The translations under genes and the position numbers were made by a program. The notes beneath the pieces were generated by a model, which saw only the letters and a program-made list of their open reading frames with translations, had not been told where the DNA came from and did no database searches. This document shows, one piece after another, positions 52,206-64,000 of a DNA stretch of 64,000 nt. Numbering within the stretch: position 1 is the stretch's first letter; every line of letters begins with the position of its first letter. This stretch comes from Nageia nagi (taxonomy: Eukaryota > Plantae > Pinophyta), in contig JBITNC010000002.1 of assembly GCA_050084985.1 (NCBI GenBank), forward strand, positions 15,748,001 to 15,812,000, given 5' to 3'.

Positions 52206-54974
52206 CATCAACTATGGACATATAGTGAAATGGAGAAAATTATTAATGATCTAAAATGCTAGAACTAAAAATTAAATAATAATAACTCGCAATGATGTTT
52301 AAGAAAACCAAGATTTATATTGAAAGCATAATATAAATCAAAGTTACATAATTAATCTTAAACATGGTTTGGTTACAAATTTGATAAATAATATCATGGA
52401 TATAAAAGGCTTAGGGGTTATCTTCTTTCAAAGAAGTGTCTGGATATTTTTGTTAAAATGCAAAACCTCTTTGATGATATAACCATTGTACAAAACCCAT
52501 ATTGATGAAAATCACTATAATATCTTGTGTCACTTATGTGAATAAGATTATTATCATTATGTTTATACTTTTGTAATGTTGTATTAGATAGCCTTCATGA
52601 GATCTTGGGAAATAAGGAAATTAGCGTTTTAGTCACATTTCCATCATAAAGAAAGCATGGAATTAAAAAAAAAGGAAGTATACCATTGCTTAGGAGAAGG
52701 AATATAATTCATCCATGTGACTGACATGCACCACCTAATCTTCCACAACATTAGACAAAGGAAACTCAAGGGAGCTTATTTTGAGTTGGGAGTGGGTGGT
52801 ATGGGACAAAGGAAAAAACTTAAAGGTAAGGTAAGATTCACCATATTATATTAATACATTCACATACATCACAATATAAGACAAGATAAATACCAAACAT
52901 GTGATGTTGATTCAACATACAAACAATTTGGTTTAGGTAACTCCATCCTATAATTTGTGGTCAAAGAGACCTAAAAACTCTTTTAGGTGGTTTTCCTTTA
53001 TTTAATAAGGTTGTAGAGTTAGGCCTTACACCTAACAGAAAGAAATATCCCATAACCTGATAAAGAATGGAAAAGCATACATGATGAACCTCGTGTAATG
53101 CTTGGTCAATCACCAAATGGATCACATGCAAAGAGCCTTCCAATTAGCTTATTTTTTTAAAATAATATTCATTTATAATTTATACATGTATCACCAAATG
53201 TGTTAGGTGAGGGGGAATTATAAAAACATATTTAAGATTGGTGATGCATTAATTCTGAATAAAAATCTAATAGCAAGAGGCTAAGCATGTAGCCGATTTA
53301 TATAGTGAAATATTGATAAAGTAATATTTGCTTGATTAATTAATATAATAGATTATTATAATGAATTGGTACGATATGATATGAATGAGTATAAGAGATT
53401 ATAATGGGAAAACTATGGTAATAAATGAATAATAATTGGTTTATTTTGTGCGTATTAAAAAACTATAATGGTATTTTGTAAATTATAATGAAATTTTTTA
53501 TTTTATTAAATTTTGATTTTTTCGATTTCAATTTGGTTTTACTAATCTTATAATATTTTTGTGTAAATTATGAAACATATTATGAATAAGATTTTAAAGT
53601 TTTAAATCCTATAAAAAAATATTTCAAATGATTTAATGGTTTATATTAAATTTATGTAGTTGAGAAGGCAACTAATTATTTTTCCTTGAAACCAAAAAGA
53701 ATTAATCGTAAAAAATGATTAAACCATTAGACAACCATTAATTTAATAAATAGCAAAGTTATAAGCCACCAAATCATTGAACATCATCTTTTGTATGGAT
53801 TATGTTTTTACACATTAATAGAAAATATCTTTTCGATGTGGTTGGTCTAGTTATAATTACTCTCCCTATCAAATAAAGGTTCTCCACGATGTTCAAGTGC
53901 CTCTGTTTTAACATGAAGTTCTTAGAGTGGAAATAGGAAAGCACTTGATCAAATGAAGATAATTTTTGAAGCCTCTAAGATGGGATTATATTTATGAAAA
54001 GGTTGCATATTTGGAAGTCCTTTTTTTGAGTTTAAATGCCTTTTAAATTACACTTTTAAAACCATGCTTTATTTCTATGACCAAATCTCTTAAAGTAAAA
54101 TTTTGGTTAGAAAATAATGTGTGAATGTAATTATAAAACATGTGCATATTAATAAAAACATAATCAATGGAAACATCTAGCTTCGATCCCACATCCACTT
54201 TAACAAATAACCCCACTCGATACTCACCTGAAATATGAGAATATCCAAAGGATCGATGGAGAGCGTTTGAGCACATAATTCAACAATATTAGCAATACCA
54301 AGTTCATCATAATTGGAGAACATGATCCTACATAATTCACCATCCAAGTTGACATAGCACTTAGATAAAAATCTCATGGAGAACCCCATACTCTTTTATA
54401 TCTTTTACACATCCTTATTGTGGCTTATCTATAAGACTTCAAAATCACCATGAAACGACAAATACACCTCATGCTTCAGTTGAGGAAGCATATTAGAGGT
54501 TTCATTGTACTAGAGATTCACTTCACATATTTTATAGTATAATCTACCAAACTTGCTTGATTTTGGATAAAAAAATATTAACTTGAAGCGTACATAAAGA
54601 AATTACTTGCCATCTTATTAATGGCCTGAATTGTCCATCCACTAGAATTGGATCACTCCTCCCTCAAGATGCATAGTAATTATGTAGGTATTGGATACCA
54701 TTTCTACCTTTGTTAATTATCACATAGTTCGTTACCTTCTTCATAATATGCCTTTAAATCCATCCACCAAATCCATGCAAGCATTATCACAAAGAGAACT
54801 ATGCACAAAATCAATTGATCCACTAAACAAACATATAGATTTGCAAATCCTATAAATATAAAGACTCAACAATATAATTGATAAATTATGCCTTCATCTA
54901 ATGCAATAGTGTCCAATCTATTGCAATAGTCAGCATAATTGTATCTACTTAAAAAGACTCTAGGGTCTGCACAC

Positions 54975-56092
54975 ATAATAAGATACATAACACATGTTTG
55001 TCAAAAACACATAAAACATAACATATCTATCCTGCAATTATTGAGATATTCTTACCAGCATGATGAAAAAGAACATGGTTGTACATGCATGAAAAATAAT
55101 AAATATGAAACCACCAAAACAATATTAAAAACTAATAGCCATAGTTGTATGGTAATAGAAACCATTAAAAAAACTCATATCTCCAAACTTCAACTTCATA
55201 CATGGATAATCCATAAAACCAGTATCTAAACAACAATAAAATTTTATAAACTTTTATCTACATGCAAAATGCCTTAACTAAAGAAAAATTATGCTACATA
55301 TATAGGGAATAAGGGAGGGAGGTATGATCTTCTCCACCCCACCTCTTTGGATAGAAATCTAAACCAAGCAAAATAGGAGAGTATTCATATATTGAAATAA
55401 CAAGAATGTAGGATATAAATGAATAAAAGACAGACAATGAAGATCAACTATGCTCTTTTACTTACAACCTTGACACTCTATTAGAGGATGTAGAAAAAAA
55501 TGTTTTATTAATGTCCATGGGAGACCAAGAGCAATAATAAGATACATAACACATGTTTGTCAAAAACACATAACACATAACATATCTATCCTACAATTAT
55601 TGAGATATTCTTATGAGCATGATGAAAAGAACATGATTGTACGTGAATGAAAAATAATAAATATGAAACCACCAAAATAATATTAAAAACTAATAGCCAT
55701 ATTTGTATGGTAATAGAAACCATAAAAAAAACTCGTATCTCCAAACTTCAACTTTATGAATGGATAATCCATAAAACTAGTATCTAAACAACAATAAAAT
55801 TTGATAAACTCTTATCTAAATGCAAAATGCCTTAAACAAAGAAAAACTATGCTACATATATAGGGAATAAGGGAGGGACGTATGGTCTTCTCCACCCCAC
55901 CTCTTTGGATAGAAATCTAAACCAAGCAAAATAGGAGAGTATTTGTATATTGAAATAACAAGAATGTAGGCTAAAAATTTTATAAAAGAGAGACAATAAA
56001 GATCAACTATGCTCTTTTACTTACAACCTTGACACTCTATTAGAGGATGTAGGAAAAAAAGTTTTATTAATGTGCATGGGAGACGAAGAGCA
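54975..56092. repeat. Tandem duplication, 2 x 559 bp
   Basis: 54975-55533 and 55534-56092 both run ATAATAAGATACATAACAC...GGGAGAC(C/G)AAGAGCA with scattered substitutions. Confidence 0.95.
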
Positions 56093-57287
56093 GTCTATGG
56101 GACAATTGTATGGGTAGTAAAATGTATGTCATGGTTGGTGGGAATTGAACATGGGACTCAAGATGCAACAAGGTCTGCATGTAACTAACTCAACCCACAA
56201 CTGCACATATGATATCCCTCCCTCCATCAACGTTGAAGTACCTGAACCCCTTGGTGATGAAGCATAAAATTCCCTTCCTATCACAAGGAACAAGTTGCTC
56301 AAACAAAAAATAACAACATTAACAAAGATTAATGAGTGTTTTAAAAACTTTTTTCTTTTCAAGAATAAGAAATCTCATATTTAATATATTACAAGTTTAT
56401 TATCAAATCTATTCTTTCATATTCTAAACTAACTATTACTCTAATGCATACCCATTGTACAAGGTTACAATGACTAATTTATTATCTACCAAGATGATAT
56501 TACAAACAACCTTGTATAAGCTTTTATCTACCAAGTGAAAAAACCTGCTTAATATTCAACAAGAGCTACCATCCTTGACATGAGTATTGATCTTTGTGAA
56601 GCGAAATCTTCAACTTTTGGGAAGCTGCCTAAAATCTGAGCTATTAATCTTCAATCTATGCTTCAGCTACTTGAGATATTATTATAATGTGTTCAATATA
56701 TAAATATAAAATAGTAAAAGATGAAAAAATGTACTATAAAAAAAAATATAGACTGCACTTCCGATGACATGTAAAATTCATTCCCACATACACAATCTCA
56801 AAAGCACAATTTCCATGTATCAATTCTGCTTATCACATTCACACTGCAAAAAGGAAGGAAAACCAACATAAACTTTATCCAATACCCACGAATTCGTTTG
56901 ACATAGCAGATTAGAAGGAAAGCTATGCACATAAAGAATGGAAAATTTGAAGTAGCAGACCTAGAGAATTGGTAAGATGACATCAAGAATATGCCTTGCT
57001 TCAACTATGGACCGTCCTCTCTGGCGTTCCAAAAACTACCTTAAAAGAGCTATCACGGATTCACCACCGTGCCTGGCTCCTATTTATATCTTTTTGCTGA
57101 CAGAGGGACAACCCAGCAACCAAAGAAATCCAGATAATACGAAGCATCGAAGTACTCGGTGACTGCAATATTTTCTTATGACACAGGACATGATTTAAAT
57201 TGTACGTCGTCAAAAGGGTCCTCTGCAAGATCCGCCACTAGCGAGTTTTCCAAGAATGTGCTCCACAATTTGGAGGTATCCAGCTCT

Positions 57288-58088
57288 TCAGTGCATGTTA
57301 GGACATCTATGATCCAACTTAGAAGAAGAAACCGGTATAGAAAATTGTTTATCTTGACCATAAATAAATGAAGAACAGGAATCTTCCACAAATGTACTCC
57401 GCAATTTCGAGGTGTCCAGCTCTTCCGTGCATGTCAGAACATTCAAGTTAGAAGAAGAAACCGGTTCGTATGGAACCGATTTAAAAACTTGTTTATCTTG
57501 AGCAGAACTAAATGAAGAAGAACAGGGCTGTTTGGTCTTTTTACAATTGCTTTTGGGCTTCGTATTGTTCAATTTAGAATCCAAGGTAATGTTGTTAGAC
57601 TTCTTCCTGAAATGCGTATTCCAATAGTTCTTTATTTGATTTTCCGTTCTTCCAGGAAGTCTTCCAGCTATAAGTGACCATCTGAATACAATGCCCAAAA
57701 TAGTATTCAACTAATCCGAATGGAACAATAAATAACATGCTAATTACCTATTGCCAAGGAAACGATGCATTCGGATGATGAGTTCCTCTTCGTCACCAGA
57801 AATGGGGTATTTCTTAATCCCTGGGCGAAGATGATTAAGCCTCCGTCGTCTGCAGCTCCTACCACATCTACTTAGCCCTGAAAAGTATATGCTATATCTT
57901 ATACTTTGCAGTGCCAACGTTGAATATTGATATTGGAAGAAGGGACTAATGTGTTTACCCATGGTGTAAGCAAGAGATTCCCATCTGGTCTGGCCATGAG
58001 TTTTGACGTAGTTGAGCAATATCAGGTCCTCTTGTGCAGTCCATGCCCCTCTCTTCAACTCCTTTCGCTCCCAATGCCTTCTCGCCAT
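57288..58088 (-). CDS. R2R3-MYB, degenerate (exons 58088-57959, 57877-57748, 57681-57288; 217 aa); possibly pseudogenising
   Basis: [53 protein letters not shown]; GT-AG introns of 81 and 66 nt at the canonical positions; 130-nt exon 2. Confidence 0.88.
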
Positions 58089-59559
58089 CGTTGAGGCAAC
58101 AGTTTAGTTCGTGATGATCCGGCTTTGGGTTGGTTCATGTCCAAATCTACATACCATTTTAAGAGCTATTAATGTTGAGTGCGGTTATGAATTAAAAGGA
58201 CAATTCAACAAGACAAGAGTAGCAGTGCAAGATCAGGTGAATGATGCTTCTCACGCCTGAATCCATCGATGATTAGTATGTGACAAATAACGAGTCCACA
58301 ACGTCAGCGGTCTACAAAGTGGCAACTTGGAGAGCAATTAACCACTGAAAACAGAATTCGTTCAAATATTTCGTTTTCTCTGCATTACATCGGGTATGTT
58401 TCCTGTTTTCATTCAATCTCTCTGACAAAAAAAAACAAAAGAAGAAAAACATCGGGAGGAGATTAAAGAAGTTGACTATTAAAATTTGCATTTTAAAAGA
58501 CTTCGCAATGTGAGATAAAAGTAACTATTTTGAATTAATTATTAACATGTGACTAATACGTGATAATGTAAAAGATGAGAGCTAGGGTTTATGTGATACT
58601 TGTTTTGTGTAGTCTTATTCTATGTGCTTTTATTTTTGTGCAAAACAAGATGCTTAAATTTGTTTACAAATAAATAGATGTGATTTTATTTTATCTTTAC
58701 AAAATAAGTGCAAGTATAAAATTTATGATGTTAGCTTTTAATTAAATAATTTTTATAATTTTATAAATTTTGTTATATTTTTTATCTTGAAATTAAAATT
58801 AAATTTAGGATAAAAAAGTTTACATAAAGGTAAGTATTCATTTCATTGTTTGATCTATTGTTAACATGATTATATGTTTGCTTATAGTAAATCATTTTTT
58901 TTTAAATTATTTTATTCTCTTTTTTCTTTATAATCGTAAATTTAGTGAATAGATGGTATTCATTTTTCTTCTCACTATACTCTAAGAAAAAATCTTCTAA
59001 GTTTATGTAGTTAGATAGTGAAGCATCTAAAAAGGTAAAAACCTATTCACATGTAACTTATTCTAAAGATTGTGCAAGTAATTTCATTATAATACTTTTG
59101 TCTTTTATTTCAAAATAATTTCAATATGAATTAATGTTTTAACATAATTGTAAATAAATAAAATGGTTTACAGTAATAATAAATGTAGTATTTATATATG
59201 GGCTATAAATAAAAATATGACCAAAATGGTGTGTGATTAAAGAGTGCGATATGATCATTCACAACAAACTAAGGCACATAAGATCTAACAATAGATTATC
59301 GAAATTCTAGATCTAGTATGTATATCGAATTGAAATAAGGAAGATGATACTTTGTGCATCAAATTGACGAGTTCTAACCTTTTGGGTTTAGTTACCAAAT
59401 CCTTCACAAGTTACACTTGAAAACTCAATGGTTTTGGAGGGATTAACATTTATCCTAGATTTTTTATGGGTTAGGATCTGTAAGCGAAAATAAATGCCCT
59501 ATTTAGAATATAAAAAATATAAAGTGTTTATTCTTACTTCAAACAAAAAATTACGTTTA

Positions 59560-62500
59560 AGTTATTAAGGTAATATCAAGTTTATCCCTAAGATTGGAGA
59601 ACTTTAAATGATTACCAATTAGCATCCCATTACTCTTCTCAATGTTAGTGACAAGATTATTTATAAGGATTTGGTCTTAAAGCTAAGAACCATCCTTCCC
59701 AAAATTATTAGGCCAAAGAAGACTGGCTTAATCCAAGGGAGATACATTTTGGATAATATTCTAGAGGTTTTGGAAGGCATGGAATGGTGAAGGATTTCCA
59801 ACCAATGAACCCTTTTCATCAAAATTGACTGTGAAAAGTTCATGACATAATTGAGTGGGTTTTCATTCTCACAATGTTAGAATCCATTGGTTTTGGACCT
59901 CTCTTTATCTCTTTTGTTCTTATGTTGTTTCAAGATGCCTCAGTTGTGCTTTCTCGTAGCAACTTTTAGACTGAAGCAATTAGGCTTCATAGATTAGTTT
60001 GATAGGGTTATCTGTTAGCCCCTTAATTGCATATTTTGGCTGTAGAAGCCTTTGGCTATCTCTTAGCCAAGAAAACTTCTAATGGGTTAATTTGAGGAAT
60101 CACTCTTTCTAACAACACTGGACAACTCATTAATGGGTATTTTGCAAATGATTCCTTTCATACCATCAATGAATACGATTAATCAATCACCAATGCTATT
60201 CAATACTTAAATACTTTTTGTCAAGCTTCTGAATCTAGTATTCAATGGAGGAAACATCTTGTTGCAAATAATTTGTGTTACCTCAATCCAATTGGATTGA
60301 TAGATACCACTGACACTAGATTATGCTAGGAGAAATCTTCAAGTTTCTTGGAATCTCATTTTCCTTTCAAGGTTCTTCTCCTCATATTTGGTAATATGGC
60401 ACTTCCAAAGTGGAGAAAAAAATTGAATATTGGGTAAATAAAAAGCTCTCATTGATGGGTAAATTTTAAATTTGTTCCAAAGTGCTTCAATCTACCCATT
60501 TTTATTATTCGTCTTATTGGGTTCCTTCCCAAGCATGTTACAACAAGTTGGAAAAACTTCTCAACAATTTCCTTTGGTCTTTCACTTTGGATAAAAAAAG
60601 ACTTTTCACATAGTAGCTTGGACTACTTATTATCTCTTGCATTCTATTGGAGGCATGTGAATGGTTAATGGTAAAAATAATGTTTAGCCCTTTATGCTAA
60701 GTGAATTCTAAGAGCTTTAAAAGGAATGAAAGCCTAGAAAGTCCTTATCAAACATTTTATTTCTTTAGGTATTCTACTCAATTGTAAAGTTTGGAAAGGA
60801 ATGGATTTTCCTTCATTGGTGCTTACTCTAGTTTTCATCAAAAAATTTGGTTATTTCGTAATTAAAAAGCATTTGGAAAGCTTGGCAACAACTTAGCCCA
60901 TGGATTTCTTAGAAAGGTTCTCAAAACCATCATGGGCTTTCTCTCAACACACTCAACTTGTGGTGTTCAAGTCAATCAAATGCCATTGCCTAAAACTCCT
61001 TGGATTCATGCTCAGAAGTTTTTCAAATGAGGAGTAGCCAATATTACAAACTTTTAATCATAGTAAACAAAAGATTAGATCCCCTAGAATTATTTCAAAT
61101 GCATGTTCCTTTTGAACAATGCAGATAAAAGTACTTATGATGATGTGATTAACAATGTACCTTTCTTTATATGGCATAAAATTGGAGCTCAAAGCCAAAA
61201 GCCATGGTGGAAGGATTAGGCTTAGCTTGGCATGGAAATATTCCCTTACACCATTACAAGGCCCAAAATGGTTATAATTGGCTTACGCCTACTTTCTTCA
61301 TAGTTGCCATGCTCAATGTTAAGTGGGATTTAATCTCCACTAACTCTCATTGGAAAGCCAAATTATATGCCACCTAGGCTCCTTATTTGGAACTAAAGAA
61401 ACCATTTTTTATTTGGAGTCTTATGTACCAAGGACTTCCCCTTAGCTCTCAGCTTAAGCATTTAGGCATCCTGAATCCCAATTTCCCTTTTTATCAAGAA
61501 CCAGAGTCTTGCCTTCATCTTTTTTGGTCTTGTAGACATTTTGTGCTTGCCTAGGAATGGGTAGTATCATTCTTTGCTTCTTATGTCTTTATGCCTATTA
61601 CATGGCATCATATTTTATTAGGAGATCCCGTCACCTTCTCCCTTCCCTTATGGGAATTATGGCAGATTTTTCGTGTCATCCTTCTTTTTTTCATTTAGAA
61701 AGCTAGGAATAAAATTATTTTCCATCACAAAGAACCCTCAAAAACCTTTTCTCTAGCCGATCAGTTGGAAATATTTTATGATATTCATTTGCAAATTCAT
61801 GATCAAGCTAAAAAGATTAACATGGATGCAGAGCATTTAATGGAAATGATGGAATAATGGGGGAATGCTAATCATGTGCCTCCAGATAATTCCCTTGGTG
61901 ATCATCCTCAAGGCATGCATGCTCGATCTCGATCTTGCCAATGATCACAAGCATCTAGATGATAAATGTCATATGATCGACCTTGATTGCACTCTTTATT
62001 GGTACATCACCAGTTTAAAGATCATGGTACCATCTCGTCCAAGCCCTTTATTATGCATGGTGTGAGCTCTTCCCGTACTCTTATTCATCCACCCTCAAGC
62101 CCTAATCAGGGATGGGACACTCAAGACATTAATGAAGAGTATGTGGTGGGTTGGGATCCCCCTCTAAGAAAACTAAGGATCATCCGTTGAAGTCTAACAC
62201 GACAACAGGCCATGATGCATTTGATCCAACTTTGTCCAATGAATGGAGGACTAATGATGGGTGGGAATTACAAACCATACCAAAGAACACCTAGCAACAT
62301 ATGGTGCAGAGGAGGAATTGACCTAGGAGGGTGTTTAGGCATTTTTGTGTTTAATGCATACTTTTTTCTATTAAACTATTTTTAATGGTTTAAGTGGTTA
62401 GTTGTGGTACCTTTTATCATGGTGGCACCTAATGTGTGTAATGTTTCTTTTTGTATCACCTACCCATAATTAGGGAGGGTATGATTGGACATGGGTGTGT

Positions 62501-62571
62501 TCTCTGCCACCACCTTCATTTTGTTGATAAAGCATTTATTTAATATAAAATATCTTTTCATAAAAAAAAAA
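59560..62571 (+). mobile_element. 5'-truncated L1, same family as 17879-23743
   Basis: GNIKFIPK, ILDNIL..EGMEW, FANDSF, YSSYWVPSQACYNKLEKLL, ESCLHLFWSC; A-tail at 62562-62571. Confidence 0.9.
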
Positions 62572-63047
62572 TCTTGTTCCAAGCAATGAGCAAGTCATCC
62601 ACATGTAGCAAAATAAGAATCAAATCATTTTCTTCATTCTAAATGTACAATCACAATTTGTATAACACTTTCTAAATCCAAAACATTATCTATCATTTTA
62701 AGGTATCTTCAATTTTCCACTTAATTTACAAAAAATATCTATTCAAATCTTTCATACTCAAACTTAATACATCTACGAATAATGAATGTAATAACACTCA
62801 TACATAAGTCCATGATATTCCAAAGAACAAATTATATGAAAATTCACCTTCCATCATATACCATTTTATTTAGGAGAAAGCTATCCTTCAGTCAAATTCA
62901 AGATGTACCTTGAACGTATATCATTTTTGAACTACGTATAGAAATAATTGAAAATTATTGTAACATTTTTTAATTGATAATTAATGCTTGAATCTAGTTA
63001 ACTTTGACCTTAATTCATCTAATATATCTAATTTTTATTGATTTAAG

Positions 63048-63049
<2 letters not shown>

Positions 63050-63109
<60 letters not shown>
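63050..63109. repeat. (TA)30 microsatellite
   Basis: Uninterrupted TA run. Confidence 0.95.
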
Positions 63110-63113
<4 letters not shown>

Positions 63114-63437
63114 ATACTCTCAAAATATATAAATGAATTTAATTTAAGAAAAAAATAACCATATATCTGGAATTTAGCTTAAGAATAAGCTTCTCACTTA
63201 TTTATACAATCTTGAAACCTAAAAAGAAGATGATTGACATGTCCTTTACCAAAGTAAATAATTATTCCTTTCTTCGTTGACACTCCAACAATAATGAGTG
63301 GATAGCAAAATTGGAATCAATGAGAAAAATCTGTGACTCAACCCTTCGAAAAATATCTCTCCTCCCTTCTGTGACCGTCTAAAACCTTTAGTCAGCTCAA
63401 CAGAAATTTCCGCATCAGTTCCGCCGTGGCTAGCAGC

Positions 63438-63444
63438 TATAAAA
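63438..63444 (+). promoter_or_regulatory. Probable TATA box
   Basis: CTATAAAA ~110 nt upstream of the ATG at 63552. Confidence 0.55.
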
Positions 63445-63551
63445 CCCATAATCCACTTCAGATCACTTTGCCCTCTACATCGAACCCTGACAATTCATTA
63501 CACAGATCTTGAAATTCTGCTTATTGCTTTTGAATTCTGCATCTCCAAACC

Positions 63552-63916
63552 ATGGGAGGAGGCGCCGTGCTGCGAGGAATTAGCAGGATATTTGGCGGCG
63601 CCGCTACTGCCGGTGGCCGTGTTGGACTGGGCCATGGCAGCCCTGTTCAGCAGGCCGCCTCACCCATATCTTCAGCTAAGCACACCGTCTCTTCTGCTCC
63701 GCTTACGTCCTCCTCCTCCTCATGTTCTTCTGAACAAGGGTTTGATGACTGGGAATTTCCGGGTGAGGAAGGAGGAATTCAAACCCATCATCAGTATGCC
63801 CACCCTTACCATGTGGATCGGCACCCAGAGGTGCGACACCGTCTCATTTTTGGGACGGTGCCAACTTCACAGGAGGTCACTGAGGCCACTTCGGCTTTGA
63901 GGGATTACGTTAATCT
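63552..63916 (+). CDS. Exon 1 of a plant conserved uncharacterised protein (UCP012943-like)
   Basis: MGGGAVLR start, DDWEF and RLIFGTVPTSQEVTEATSAL motifs recalled for this family; donor GTGAGT at 63917; gene continues past the window. Confidence 0.75.
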
Positions 63917-64000
63917 GTGAGTTCAATGATGGGTTGTTTAAACGTTTTGATTTCTCATTTTAGTTGGTGTTTTTAGTACGAAAACCCTAATTATGGCACA

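Noticed and set aside
53800-54800. Decayed coding-like minus-strand region as a transposase
   Set aside because: No diagnostic motif or terminal repeats recognised.
57878-57958. In-frame read-through within the MYB ORF (KHISPFF...)
   Set aside because: It is an 81-nt GT-AG intron at the canonical R2 position.
59661-59843. Minus-strand ORF suggesting an inverted L1 5' end
   Set aside because: The plus strand continues colinear RT sequence, so there is no inversion.

Overview
AT-rich, transposon-dominated plant nuclear DNA, most likely a conifer/gymnosperm (inferred from the PPR, RLP and retroelement types). Host loci are an intact intronless LRR receptor-like protein (36796-39288 +), a collapsed relic of a paralogous RLP (~30311-30435), an mTERF pseudogene (7670-8870 +), a degenerate three-exon R2R3-MYB (58088-57288 -) and exon 1 of a UCP012943-family gene (63552-63916 +). 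The rest is mostly decayed L1 LINEs, Ty3/gypsy remnants and two related Ty1/copia elements. Copy B (41133-49736) is structurally complete with ATTTA TSDs; copy A (1-3698, minus strand) is cut by the window edge. The most striking system is this copia family. Both copies have a ~2.8-kb leader bounded by conserved splice-like signals, 2819 vs 2820 nt long. Each leader holds a conserved, hairpin-rich block and a non-homologous GC-rich slot, which in copy A is a patchwork of PLS-class PPR gene fragments. Everything here was read by eye, no database searches were run, and boundaries of old remnants are approximate.
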